A stretch of DNA of 64,000 nt from Lama guanicoe (taxonomy: Eukaryota): assembly GCA_013239625.1 (NCBI GenBank), contig MU053994.1, positions 2,299,589-2,363,588 on the forward strand, read 5' to 3'. The notes beneath the pieces are model-generated. The model did no database searches. It was not told the DNA's origin and saw only the letters and a program-made list of their open reading frames with translations. The position numbers and the translations under genes were made by a program. Every line of letters starts with the position of its first letter. The first letter of the stretch is position 1. Shown here piece by piece: positions 49,620-62,124 of the stretch.

Positions 49620-49790
49620 GTGCCTGGTGCTCCTGATCTCATTTAATTCTTCTAGAGCCCTCTGAGCGGGTGTTATTCACTCCACTTGGCGCTGTGAGAC
49701 TCAGAGAGGTTAAGTGACTTACTTAATGTAACACAGTGGGTAAGAGATGAAACTGGACTTAAACGACAGGGCTGCCTGGTTCCAGAGCCT
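49620..49790 (-). mobile_element. MIR SINE
   Basis: ATCTCATTTAATTCTTC...GAGACTCAGAGAGGTTAAGTGACTT. Confidence 0.75.
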
Positions 49791-49906
49791 AGGTTCTTTC
49801 CGTGGAAACACAGTTAAGTTCTGGGAGGACTGGACTCCGTTGGAATGCAGATGACCAGGCACGTGGGTCTTTTTGCCTCTGTTGGAGAGTCTGGCCTTTT
49901 TGCCTG

Positions 49907-51230
49907 TGTGATATTCTGATTTATAATAAGAAATGTCTATTTGGCCTTTTCCCCCCTTTTCTGGCACTTAACCCCTAAAACCCTTGGAGTTTCCTAAGTG
50001 ATGACAGCCTAAAGGTGTCTTTTGTTGGGTTAATGAAGTGACTTTTAGAAAGCACCTAAGGAGGGGGCTGGTTGCCAGGAGAACCAACCACAGGATTAGA
50101 AGGTTCTAAACTTTCAGTCCCACCCTGTGCCCTCTGGGGAGGGGAGAGGAGCCAGAGATGAAATCAGTACTCAGTGGCCAGTGACTTAATCAATCATGGC
50201 TCTGCCATGAAGCCTCCATAAAAACCCAGAAAAGGATGGAGTCTGAAGAACTTCTGGGTCAGTGAACACAGGGAAATGTGGCGGAGAGCCCAGAGAGGGC
50301 ACAGAAGCTCTGTGCCCTTTCCCTACACCTTGCCCTACGCATTTCCTCATCTGGCTGTTTCTGAGTTACGTCATTTTATGACAAACCAGTAATCTAGTAG
50401 GTAAAATATTTCTGAGTCCTTTGAGTCGCCCTAGCATATTAATCAAACCCAAGGAAGAGGTCAGGAGAGCCTCTGATTTCTTTGCCAGGTGGTCAGAAGT
50501 TCAGGTGGCAACTTGGGCTTGTGACTGGTGGCTGACGTCGGGGCCAGGGGGCAGTGCTGTGGGACTGGGCCCTTAACCTGGGGGATCTGATGTTATTTCT
50601 GGGTAGATTGTGTCAGAATTGAGTTGAATTGCAGCACACCCAGCTGGTGTCTGGAGCATTGCTTGGACGTGTAGGGGAAGACCCCACCTGGACAAACATG
50701 TGTTGACTGAAATAAATGCACAGCCTAAAAGTTAAGAGTTATGTTTTATTTGGCGGGAGGACTTGAGCCAGGATGACAGCCTCTCAGATGGCTCTGAGGG
50801 ACTGCTCCGAAGAGGTAGGGGAGGAGCTAGGATATATAGGAGCTTTACAACAAAGACCAGGTAGTTGGGACAGTAAAAGATTACTTGTTATCTAAAGAAA
50901 ACCAGGCATCTCAAGTTAAAGAGTTTAGTGCTTTTCTATGTATGGGAGGGAGCAAACATGTGGGCTCATTGAATTCATTCCTCTGACAAGCACCTGGCTA
51001 TCTAAGCTATCTAGGTATCCTGGCCTTTCTTATTCTGAGTCCCCTCAGGGTGCACCACTGTGAGTGGCTGCAGAGGCCGGGCTGCAGGCTTGTCTTCCCT
51101 GGGGGGTGGCGGCATCCACTGATGACTTGATGGCTTCAGCATTCTTTGTCTACTGATGTGGTTTGCAGTATTTTTCTTTCACACACATTAGAAATTAGGT
51201 CCAGGAACCCAAAAGAGTTGGTGTCAGTGA
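49907..51230 (+). mobile_element. MER21-family 5' LTR of a partial provirus, interrupted at 50701-51184
   Basis: TGTGATATTCTGATTTATAATAAG...GTGTCAGAATTGAGTTGAATTGCAGCACACCCAGCTGGTGTC; similar to the reverse complement of 7171-8006 and 19113-20456. Confidence 0.8.
50701..51184 (-). mobile_element. Lineage-specific ERV1-type solo LTR, copy 2
   Basis: TGTTGACTG...TTTCACA termini; flanks CATG/CATT (4-bp TSD with one mismatch); similar to 18005-18477. Confidence 0.85.
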
Positions 51231-51679
51231 AGTGAGATTTGCTAAAACGGCCCTGGCTCACAGAAAGATGTGGTTTGGGAAGAGAAAGGATGAAAGGGTG
51301 GAGGATGAGGAACCGTTGAGTCCTAAGTGGCCATGTGGTCACCCGGGCTTTACAGCAGCAGCCAAGCTGCAATCAGTTACTACAGCTGGTTCCCCGGATG
51401 CCTAGGGAAATGCAAACTGATTAGAAGGAGGCAAAATATTCATTCCCTTGGTGGTTGTTTTCTGTAATAGCTAAACCAAAAGTAAAAGAGAATGCTCAGT
51501 CGGACTTTGATGCTAGACCAAGCTCAGATTTCAGTGAGCCTGAGCGTGGCCACTAGCCTCACAGCTGTCCTCCCAGGTAAAAATCAAGGTAGGGGAAGGA
51601 GAAACCCAAGAAACTATGGAAACCAGAGGGTAGAGTGTGAAGGAACTGTGAACTAATTTAGGAGGAGCACCTTTGCTTT

Positions 51680-52156
51680 TGTTACTGGAGAATAGGTTCT
51701 TGTCTCGGGTGGGAAAGAATTCAAGAGAGAGGCAGAGTAGTAAGGTGAACGTAAGTTTATTCTGGGAGATACACGCTCCATAGACAGCACACAGTCAGTC
51801 TCACTCAAAAGGGAGAGCGTCCCTGAGGCGTGGGAGTGGCTAGATTTTATGGGCCAGCTAATTTCATATGCTACCAGTGGGAGGATCATTCCAACTATGT
51901 TGGGAAAGGAGTGGGGATTTCCAGGAAGTGGGCCCCTGCCCACTTCTTGGGCTCTTATGGAGAGCCTAGGAACTGTCATGGTGCCCGTGGGTGTGTCATT
52001 TAGCATGCTCATGTATTACAGTGAGCCTGTAATAAGGCCCAAGGTCTCCTGGAAGTTGAATCTTCTGCCATCTTGGTTGTAACCAGTTTGTCCTGTCCTC
52101 AATTGCTGTGTCATTCCTTCAGTGGCTGTGCTGTGCCCCCTTCCCTCCTGTCTCCA
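51680..52156 (-). mobile_element. ERV1 (MER4-group-like) solo LTR
   Basis: TGTTACTGG...CCTGTCTCCA termini; perfect 4-bp TSD CTTT. Confidence 0.85.
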
Positions 52157-52567
52157 CTTTGGATGCTGCAGAGTGGAAGAGTATGTTTGGGTTGATGCAG
52201 GACCCTCAACTCACTATGGAGCAATCACAGGTGGCTCTCTGTGATCTGGAGACACAAGGGATTAGTCCCAAGGGAACAGCCAGCTGGGCGGACTGGATAA
52301 AAGCCACTGTAATGTGTGTTTATCCTGAGGGGGGGGCTGTCCTTCACCCCTATGAATGCCAAGTGGAACACACAGGATAAGCAAGCCATCTGGACTGGCT
52401 TTATGATGACCGAGATATTCACCTGCTGAATATGCCCATTACCCAGATCATGGTAAACGTTGTGGTTAAGGGAATCTTTTTCACATGGGCAACCCGTCAT
52501 TGTTACCAAACCCAAAAAACCGTTCAGGAAGGCTTATTGAATTTGGTTTCTCAGCTGCCCCCCATAG

Positions 52568-53038
52568 TGTCACTGGAGAGTAGGTTCTTGTCTTGCGCAG
52601 AAAAGGATTCAAGAGCGAGTCATAGTAAAGTGAAAGCAAGTTTATTTAAAGAGATACACGTTCTGCGGACCGAATGCAGTCTCATAAGGGAAGCCGGCCC
52701 ACGGTGCGAGGGTGGTTGGTTTTTATGGGCTGGGTAATCTCATATGCTAACAATTGGAAGGATTATTCTAACTGTTTTGAGGAAGGCATGGGGATTTTCA
52801 GGAATTGGGCCCCCCACCCACTTTTTGGCCTTTTATGGTCAGCCTGGAAACTGTCATAGCACCTGTGGGTGTGTCATTTAGCATGCTCATGTATTACAAT
52901 GAGTCTATAATGAAGCTCAAGGTGTATTGCAAGTCGAATCTTCTGCCCTTTTGGGCCTCGTTGGTTCTAACCAGCTTATGTCATAACCTCAACGCTGTGT
53001 CACTCTTTTAATGGTTGTGCCTGGCCCCCTCCCTCCTA
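52568..53038 (-). mobile_element. ERV1 solo LTR related to 51680-52156
   Basis: TGTCACTGGAGAGTAGGTTCTTGTC; shared block GTGGGTGTGTCATTTAGCATGCTCATGTATTACA. Confidence 0.8.
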
Positions 53039-53621
53039 GTGGAAATTTTAAGTGATTATTAAGAAATAAGGTAAATAAAGCAAATATTGTCAAGGGATAA
53101 GAGGAAAAGTCCCAGCAGGGTGGAAATCTTTAGAATCTTTAGATGTGATGAATAAAACTGGACATTGATGGGGCTGAAACAAAGGTTTTAACACAGATTC
53201 CCTAAGGTTGGGTAGGCCAAAGGACACCCTGCTGGTCCCCCAACATTAAACAAGTCTATATGCACCAATCTGGAGAAATTTAAAAAGCTGGAAGGCAGGG
53301 ATTATGATGGGAAATCTGACTAGCAATTACTTGGGGCAGCACTTTGGCAGGTTAATCAACTTAAGCATTGACAAAAGGGCCAGGGTCCCTTGTTTGGACC
53401 TCTCACTAGGGACCCAATGCCTTTTGCACAAGAGTGGGTACAATGGTTGGGGCTGGAGAAGAGAGGTTCCCAGGACCCCTTGATCCGGGAATCCCATGAA
53501 CCCATTGATGAAGACCTCACTCAGCCTACAGCCAGATTGAGAGGATATAGAAATGTAAGGGTGGATAAGATTATGAAAGTTGAAATGTCTAAGCAGGTAG
53601 TATGTAAAAAAAGTTGTCTCA

Positions 53622-53872
53622 ATAGAAAAGAAACTTGATTACCAGTGGGGGAAGGGGGTGGGGAGGGATAAATGGGGATTTCGAGATTTGTAGATACTAA
53701 CTACTATATGTGAAATAGATAAACAACAAGGTCCTACTGTAGAGCACAGGGAATTATGTTTAATATCTTGTAGTAACCTATAATGAAAAAAAATGAAAAG
53801 GAATATATTGATGTATATATATGACTGAAACGTTACGCTGTACACCAGAAATTGATGACTATACTTCAATTT
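53622..53872 (+). mobile_element. Camelid L1 3' end
   Basis: GGGAGGGATAAATGGGGATTTCGAGATTTG...ACTATACTTCAAT; TSD AAAAAAAGTTGT(C/G)TCA. Confidence 0.9.
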
Positions 53873-56819
53873 AAAAAAAAGTTGTGTCAGCCGTACCTGA
53901 ATGTTTTATGGAAATGGCTATTTTGTCTGGCTGGGGAGCACGTCCCCTACTTAGTGTTGTAAAGACCAAAACCTGTGGATGAAGCTCCAGTTAGGAACAT
54001 AAGAGTTGACGGGCTGAAGGCAGAGGTTTGCAGACTTGGGGTGCTGGAACAGGCTTCACGTGATGCGCTAGTGTCTCTTTACCTGAGGGTGTCATGGGGA
54101 CGGACACTGTGTCTGACTGGGAATGTGTCCCCTGCCTGGTATGGTAAAACAGAAGGCATGGAACTCCTGCCGTCAAGCACTGTTCATTGGTCTTGCTAAA
54201 TGGGCGTCCGTAAGACTGGCGGAGCCCACACAGTGGAGCAGATGCCGGGGTGCTGGTGGGGACAGATTCCCTGTGCAGCTGCCCTTCGTGGAGTGTGGAC
54301 CGGGGCTTGTGGCAGGAGCCTGTGAGCCTCCCAGCGACCACTGCTGGGACTTTAGTTCAAAGTTCCCATTTGAGGGGTATCGACTCCCTGGCAATCAGAC
54401 ATTAATTGAAGCTGCCCCCTGTGACTGAAGGACGTAACATGACCTTGAAACCAGAAATACCCACAATGTCTTGGGTAATGTCAGAGAAACACTCCGCTGA
54501 GGGTGGCAGTGCCCAGAAGAGTTCCATACAAATGGAAGTGGCTTATACAGGGCCGTGCTGATCGGGGAGTGCGAGGAGGGGAGAGTCTGGGGCAGGGAGC
54601 CTCTCCTCCCCTAGAGCTGACTCTGGAACGGCGGGAGGAGCTGCTGGATTTTGTCGGCACTTGGACACTGTAAACAGTTCTCCACAGACAAGGAAATCAC
54701 TCCGGGAAATCACTACGGGAATTGGGGTGCATTAAGGTAGGACATGTCAACCTCCCCATCAGAAGAACCCCCTGCCAGGTTTGGCAGGTGACTGGAATCA
54801 ACAAGCAGATGTCCCCGTGCGCTCGCTGGAGGCGGCCCCCTGGGTGCGTGGAGTGAGTGGACCTGGGGCCGCGCAGAGACGGGCTGGGTCTAGACACAGT
54901 CCTCTCGCTCCCTCTGAGGCACAAAATGCCAATAGGAGCTGTTCTGTCCGCAAGAGAGCCGGCGAGTGCAGAGGGCTGTGTGGCAGATTCCGGAAGCCCC
55001 GGGGCTATAGATGGGTGCTGACAGGCACACTGCAGACTGCGGCCTGGGCGCTGCTTACCCGGTGGTAGATGCAAGCGCTCAGGCTTGATGAGAAAACCAG
55101 GAGAGAAGACAGTGCACCAATTTGGACAGCTGACCGTGGGACTCACTTCGAAGCCCATAATGTTTAACAATGGGCAGATACATATCCTCAGAGTACTAGT
55201 TTGATAGCACATTGGAAGGGGCAGTTACAATAGTGGTTGTGTATAACAGGAGAGAAGTGTGAAGGGCTGGCTTACATGCCTCCACAAGTGTGTGCTCACA
55301 CTCAGTGTGAACATGAGTGGGGCCAATGGAGTATCCCCACTGGGTAGATTTCTCCTTTTTTCTGGTGGATCTGGGAGGAATGCTTTACATGATTTCCACT
55401 TCGATCCCATTGGCAGGTGCCCCATCACATGACCTCAGTCTCACTTCAAGGGAGGTTGGGAAATGTAGTCTTTCTGTGACTCCAGAAAGAAGAAAATGCA
55501 ACGGGATTTTGCAAACATACAGGGTTATTTCTTTTCAGGACTCTCCTCTCCCCCCCCCTTTTCTTGTTTTTCTTTTTTTTTTTTTTAAATTGAAGTATAG
55601 TTGATTTGCAATGTTTTAGGCATACAGCAAGGTGACTCATTTATCTGTCTACTCAGGACTCTCCATTCTTGTGTATCTTTTCCTGCCAAGTGTCTAGTGC
55701 TCCCTCACTTATCCCTTATGTCACATGCCTCTCCAGATTTCATTTGCACTAAGGAATATAAATAACCAATAATAGCCTAAAATGTGACCCCTCTTAGAGA
55801 TAGTTGCATGTTAAGCTTTTGACTGGAGGTTTAATGCTATGATGTGGGAATTTCAGGAATGAGTAAGCCAGCGGGGGAAATATTTGGGGGTTTCTGAAAT
55901 GACAGACCAGGTCTGTCCTATGTGCCATCTTTTATGCCATTTCACCACTGTTCGGGAGCATTAGAGTGAGACATTTTGAGGTCACCAGGCTAAAGGTGTG
56001 AGTGGCCATGATGTTAGATGCAACCAGATCATTAACTTTTCCTCTGCCTGTCTAAAGGTATTGAAGTGAAGTGGGAAGAGATGACTGTCCACTCCATCTG
56101 ATTTGGAATCAGCTTTTAAATTACCCATCTGTCATCCCTCCTTCCCTCTCTCCCTCTCTCCAACAGAATGAAAGAGGCTTAATCCAGACTGGGTCTAAGT
56201 GAACCTGGAGAGGGAATTGGGGAGGATTTCCCTGAGGTTCTGAGAAGATTGAGGTTTCTGTTTCTCACTGTCAGACTCTGGCTCTCCCATGGCTATCTTG
56301 GCACCTCTTAGCTCCAGCTGGACGAGAAGGAATGGAAAGCTCATTATGAGAACCTCTTTCATTGGCTGCACCGTCCCCCAACACCCATTCCAGCCCTGTG
56401 GTACATTTACACTGTGGCTGCCAAGTTAGGCTTGAACTACATTTCCCAGAATTCCTTTCTCTGCCCAATTCTGTGGGCGGCAGGAGAAATTTGCATGAGA
56501 TTTGGAAGGTGGAGGTGAAGCGGCAGCCACTTTTATACTCTGCAGCTGGGTGTGAGCCTGGGGCTATGGGAACTTTCCCGTGTTGTGGCTGATCTGGCTC
56601 ACCCTTTTGGCCCCAGGGCATAGCCAGGCCCTTGTGTTTTTCAGCTTTTGCTGGATCTTTTCCTTTGGCTTCTCCAGATCCTGGGCCAAGTGCTTGTGCT
56701 GTCGGGGCCGAGGGTGCCAGCTTTTCCTGCAGGTGACCCATATCAGGGAGTTTGGAGGCAGTGAAAGGTGGATTCTAGCTGCCATGGTAGGTACCACTTT
56801 GTCTTTGCACCGCACCACA

Positions 56820-57392
56820 CCAGCCTCCAAGATGGCCCCCCATGAGTCCTGCCTCCTGGTATTAATACCCTTGAGTTATCCCTTCCAAATTGCCCTGAGT
56901 TAGTTGTATGACCAATATTAGTATGGCAGAAGCGATGGGATGTCACTTATGAATTAGGTTATAAAAGACAGTGCACCTTCTGTCTTAGTCTCTTTCTCTT
57001 TCTCTTCCTCCCTTCCACCCTCTCCCTTTTTCTCTGAGATCTCTTGATCTGGGGAAAGCCAGCTGCCTTGTCAGGAGTAGCCCAATGGAGAGGCCCATGT
57101 GGTTAGAGTCGTTTGACCAAAAGCTAGCAAGGCACTTGAGGACTCCCAACAACAGACATGTGAGTGAGCCATCTTGGAAGCAGATGTTCTAGCCCCATTC
57201 CAGGTTTCAGACGACCACAGGCTCCAACTGACACCTTAACTGCAACCTCATGAACAGACCCTGAACTGGAACCACTCCACTAAGCCACTTGCAGATTCCT
57301 GACCCTCAGAAACTGTGAGATAATAAGCATTTTTTATTTCAAGTAACAAAACTTTGATATAATTTATTACACGGCAATAAATAACTATTTCA
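56820..57392 (+). mobile_element. MLT1F-like MaLR LTR inserted in an older ERVL-type LTR (~56350-57555)
   Basis: CAGCCTCCAAGATGGCCCCC...CAGATTCCTGACCCTCAGAAACTGTGAGATAATAAG. Confidence 0.8.
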
Positions 57393-57610
57393 ATGTCCAT
57401 CTTTTCATCCCAGCTGCTGGCCTTGCTGCCTTCAGGCCCTCCACCAGATGCAAGTCAATGGTCTTACATGGGCAGCTTAACCAGCTCCCACAATAAATCC
57501 TTTATTCTGTATCACTGAGTGGTTCTACTTCCTTGATCAAACCCTGCCTGATACCCCCATGAATTAATAGAAGAGATTCCCCAGTCTCTCCATCATTGGT
57601 TTCCCCTATA

Positions 57611-57797
57611 GCAGAGGTTCTCCACTTTTGATCAGAACCACCTAGAGAGCTTTAAAAAAAACCAAAGAACAAAAAACAATGCCTAGGTCCTGTCTCCAGA
57701 AATCCTGACTTAATTGGTCTGAGGTGTGACCTAGGCATCAGGATTGCTTAAAACTCCCAGATGCTTTTAATATGCGGGCAGGTTTGAGAGCTAGTGA
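57611..57797. mobile_element. MER5-family hAT MITE
   Basis: CAGAGGTTCTC...GACTTAATTGGTCTGAGGTGTGACCTAGGCATCAGG...TTTGAGAGCTAGTG. Confidence 0.75.
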
Positions 57798-58270
57798 CCT
57801 AGTCAGGCTGACTCCACCAGTCCTGCCAGGACCCCACTTCTTCAGCCTTCCTTGGGCCGGGGCTTGGGCCCGCAATCTGGGCATCCATAGTAACTTTGAA
57901 TTGGGATTCCTGACACCTAGAAGTAGGGACCGTAGGAACTCTGCTCATGGGTAGAGTTCTCACTACAGCAAGACCGAGTTCCCAGGGCAGCAGGGCATCT
58001 TGGCAATGGCCTCTGGGATCTGGTTCTGGTTTTTTAACTCCATCACCACTACCATCGGTGCTGTGAAAATTACCCAGCAGCCTCTTGATTCCATTTCTTT
58101 CTGCTTAGATTGGGGGGCCTTTAGGGCCTATTCCAATGCTGAGAGTCTGGATCTGGGAACTAAATTTTTTTTTAACTCCCTGAGTAACCTCAGGGGTACC
58201 CAGCCCCTCCTTGGGCCTCAGTTTCCTCAGCTGTCAAAGGGAGGACTGTGTGATGTGAGCTCTATACCCT

Positions 58271-58668
58271 TTGTCTTGAGTCGGGGTGCCTGGATACAGG
58301 CTCTGAGATGATCTGTGGGTCGGCAGTTCCTGGGGCTCCGTTTAGGGTCAGCATTTGTAGGAGAGTGAGGGAAGCAGGACTGGGCATAGGAGGGGCTCAA
58401 CTGTGATGCAGTCACCACAGAGACCTCCCATGATCCCCTGGGAGCCTTGGAACCCATGCAGTCCTTCAGAGCTGTCACAAATTGAGTGGTCTGTCCCCAG
58501 GGAAGGAAAGTGTGACTTGGGTGAGGCAGCTCTCTTGGGCTGAGGGCAGTTCCTGGAGAGGGACTTGCTTGAGAACTGTCAGCTGGAGGAACCAATCCCT
58601 TGGTGTTGAAGTGGGGGGTGGGGTAGGGGGTGGGGGACTCCGAGCACTGCACCCCACTGAGTGCTACA
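58271..58668 (-). mobile_element. LTR33-like ERVL solo LTR
   Basis: GAAGCAGGACTGGGCATAGG...CTGTGATGCAGTCACCACAG...GGCAGCTCTCTTGGGCTGAGGGCAG. Confidence 0.75.
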
Positions 58669-60002
58669 CCCTTCTGGTTCCCCAACCCCGGGGTAATCTG
58701 TGGAGAAAAGGGTGGACTTCTTACTTCTTTTGGCTAAGCATGACATCAGACACCCCAGGAGAGTAGCTGGAAGCTTCTAGGAGCTTCTAGCTGGATTAAA
58801 GCACCATTAACAGAGGGAGAGCCAGAGGGAGGCATAAAGTCAATTTGCTTCAAAGATGCAAGGCCCTGGGGAAAAATTAAAAGCCACTCCTGAAGGAAGG
58901 AGTGGCTTCCAGAAGGAAAGTCTACCAGGTACAGCACTTAACTCCCCAGAGCAGGGAAGATAACGGAGCTGCGGAGCTGCGAGGGGCTGTGGTCGCCATG
59001 GTAATGGCATCTCAGATTACAACTGAATGAAGCTACTGGCTGGCCTGTCAATCACCCAGCAGCTGCATTTTCAGTAGGAACCAGTCTCGGTGCTGGGCAG
59101 GGGCGGGGAGGAGAGACGCCTCGTGTGTGCACACAGTGGGCTCATGGGAGCCTTGATGCCTGTGTGTGTGTCTTCGCATATATGATTCTTTATAAGGGCG
59201 TCTGTGCACATGCCTGTGGTCCTGAGTCTGGGAAACCGAGTCCAGTTGTATCTGTGTGTTGGTGCCATGGGTGGGGTCTGCAGGCTGGACCCACCACCCA
59301 TGAGACACAGGCAGAGCCGATTACTCCATTGAAGAGACATAATTTTAGGGCCTCTTTGCCTGTCTTTCAAATAGCAACAGTTGTCATCATCCACTCTTCA
59401 TTAGAAAGCCATTGCTTCGAAGAAATTTTCTACCTTCTATAGACTTTTTAAAAATATAGATAATTCTCAGCTACCAATCCACCAAGGATGGTGGGCTTCC
59501 CCAAAAGATGGGCGAAGAAACAGAGAGAAGGAGGTGGACTTAGTGCACCTCATACAGTAGGGGCCCAACATATTTGTATACATTCATGAGCGCATGGATG
59601 TATGAATGAATGGAGGCGGGGAGGGGCAAGTAGGAGAGACAGTGGTCCAATGGGGGAGTGAAAGAGTTCCTGGGATCGGCTGCAAGTCCATTTCTATTTC
59701 CAATTCAGTTCTGTTTCTTGAGCACCTGTTTTGTGCCAGGCATTGAACTGGGGGCCAACAGGTGAGCAGGGTAGATTGGGGCCCTGCCCTCCGGAAGCTC
59801 AGAGTCTATGGAGGACCGGGGCTCCTTCATGAGTTTCCTTGGTGCTGGGCTGAAACTGCAGTTCTTTATGGAGGCTGGAACCTCTGCCTCCTTCCTCGGC
59901 CTTCCCAGGCTGGCTAGGCCTGGCTGCCAACTTGTCTCCCCTGTCCTGATCACAGTCTGAGCCTGTCTGGAGAGTTTCAGCCACACCCATCCCCTAATCC
60001 TG

Positions 60003-60360
60003 TGTCTTAGTTGGCTGGTCCCAGAAGCAGACCCCAAGACAAGGTTGATGACCTGGACCCTGGACAATCGAGACATGGAGGCAAGAAAAACCAGTACAGA
60101 ATGTATTATGGGGCAGGTCTCACTGTGGGCAACTGGGCTGAAATCCTCCTGGGGAATGTCTGGGAGACAGTGAAGACACCTCTCAGGACTGTTCCCACCG
60201 AAGGGCAAGGAAGCTGCGGTGATTCTCCACCAACTCCTGTTTGTCCTCGGCTGAGGGCTGCCCCTGGGAAACTGCAGGTGCCGCTCCGTGGCAGTTGGCA
60301 CATCCTGGAATGATCAGCTGTGATAGGATAAGTGGGAAGCCGCCAGCACCTGCTACACCC
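60003..60360 (-). mobile_element. LTR16(C)-like ERVL LTR
   Basis: TGTCTTAGTTGGCTGGTCCCAGAAGCAGACCCC...CACTGTGGGCAACTGGG...TCCCACCGAAGGGCAAGG. Confidence 0.7.
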
Positions 60361-61974
60361 TGTGTGGCCCTTCCAGTGGCGTGACCGGGGCAGCTGGTCC
60401 TCCTGGCCACAGCTTAGCAGGCCCCGTGGTGACAGACTTCAGTCTTCAGACCTGAGCTGGGTCAGGCCCAGAGAGTCAGGGCTTCTGGAACATTTGCTGA
60501 CTTGAACTGCCTGGACCACCTCAGTCCGCCACAGGCCATAGACCGGGTCCACTCCCTCATCTTGATGTGAGCTCAGACTCTGGCCTGTGGCCCAGGGCTT
60601 GAGTCCTCGAGAGACATCTGCGGAGGTCTCGGCTCCCATCCTCCCCTTCCCCCTTCTGTCTGCTCCTGATTCCGGGCCAGGAATGTGGCCTGGACACTGG
60701 CAAGCACTCCTGGCTTCTGCTCGCTCAAGCTCCAGCGCCTTCTCTCCCGAGGCCGACCTTTCCCCTCGGCCTTGTCACTTGTTTGGGAAAAAGACCTCTG
60801 GATCCTGGGCCTGCAGACTCCCTGCTCTAGATTGTAATCAGCTCCACCCACTGCGATCCTCCAACTAGTGGAGTAATGACCGATAGAGGAGGGCAAATCA
60901 GAAAGTCGGAACTTGGGCAGCCTCCCTTGGCTTCATTGCCGGCTGCTAACTTTCCTACTCCATGCGGCTCAGCTTCCCGCCCATTTCCAGACTCTCTGGA
61001 TGTTGAATTCAATTCAACAGCTGCTAGAAGACTGTCTGTGAATCTAGGACTGTACCCAGCACGAAGGGATAAGAAGGAAGTGGGAGGGGGGCCATATCAG
61101 AGCTCAGCATCGCTGTAAGTGACACATCTGGTTTCTTCGCTTTTGACCTGTCCGGGCCAGAGCTCAAAGAACCCTCATGCCCTGGGAACATACTAGGCTT
61201 CTGAGCACTGGAAGATGGGCTCCCACCCAGATGAATGCACAGCCTCCAATGGCCTTGAACTAGCCTCAGGTGGAGCCTTGTGTCATTGGGGAATGTCTGT
61301 AGGAGGCCTTTGCGACAAGTGCACTGTTCCCCAAGGCGAGGTGTGGGAGGGGTGGAACGTACAGTCCCCGCTAAGGTCGACAGGGAATTCCAGGCTGTTG
61401 CACAATCTGCAGGCACTGGTGTGTTGCCTGCTGTGGTCAGTGTGTGGTTTCTGCTTGGTGGTTTTGATGCTGCGTGCTGTATATCCCCAATGGTTTTGCA
61501 GATGCTTTGGTGAGATCTGACTTTCCTCTCCTCAAGATGAAGTAAGTGGGCTGCCTTTGACCTCTACCGTGTGGGCTCCTGTGGATCCTGCCACTGACCT
61601 GCAAGAGAAGAGCTTGGCCCACAAGTAAACAGTTCAGAAAGGAACCCTCAGCTTTTGTTGACTGTGAGATAAAAACTCCTCCAACTTCCTTGCCGCAAAG
61701 ATCTGGCCATTATTGTATTAAGGGCAGATAATCATGGACTATGAAGGCTCTCAGGGACTTGGAAACCCCCTCTGGCGCCCTCCCTGCTGCCCCCCACCAA
61801 GGATCAGTCCCGCAAGATCAGGAAACTCAGAATCTTTCGGAAGTACTGTAGATGGGGTGGGGTTAGAAGGAAACACTTTTTTTTTGTACAACCCTCTTTC
61901 CCCAACCGCCTCCCGCCATAACTTTCCTGGTACCCAGCAACAAATTTCTTACATTTTTGTAAGAAAGGCTGAAC

Positions 61975-62110
61975 AGTTTTCACAGTGCTTTCACAAACAT
62001 CATCTCATTTCCCTGCCTAAGCGTGTTGTGAGGTCTGTGGCGTGAGCATGACTCCCATTATACAGATGAGGTTGCCCACTGAGGCTCAGACAGCCCAAAA
62101 GAGTTTGCCC
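61975..62110 (-). mobile_element. MIR SINE
   Basis: GTGCTTTCACAAACATCATCTCATTT...CCCATTATACAGATGAGG...CTGAGGCTCAGA. Confidence 0.7.
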
Positions 62111-62124
62111 CCAGAGTAGGCACC

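Larger units (their letters stand above)
51230..55230 (+). mobile_element. MER21-int / ERV-L internal region with decayed gag-pro-pol
   Basis: Protease-region RDPMPFAQEWVQW (~53408); pol MTLKPEIPTMSWVMSE..SAQKSSI/KWKWLIQGRA (54421-54560); integrase RWVLTG..AYPVVDASAQ..GTHF..HNV*QWA..YPQS (~55000-55230). Confidence 0.75.

Noticed and set aside
51680..53038. Two adjacent LTRs as the ends of one mini-provirus
   Set aside because: The first has its own CTTT TSD, the two are clearly diverged from each other, and the spacer appears to be host MER21 internal sequence
58992..59005. RFX X-box-like GTCGCCATGGTAAT, and CTCF-like words at ~17055 and ~31135
   Set aside because: Single imperfect motifs expected by chance in 64 kb; no supporting context
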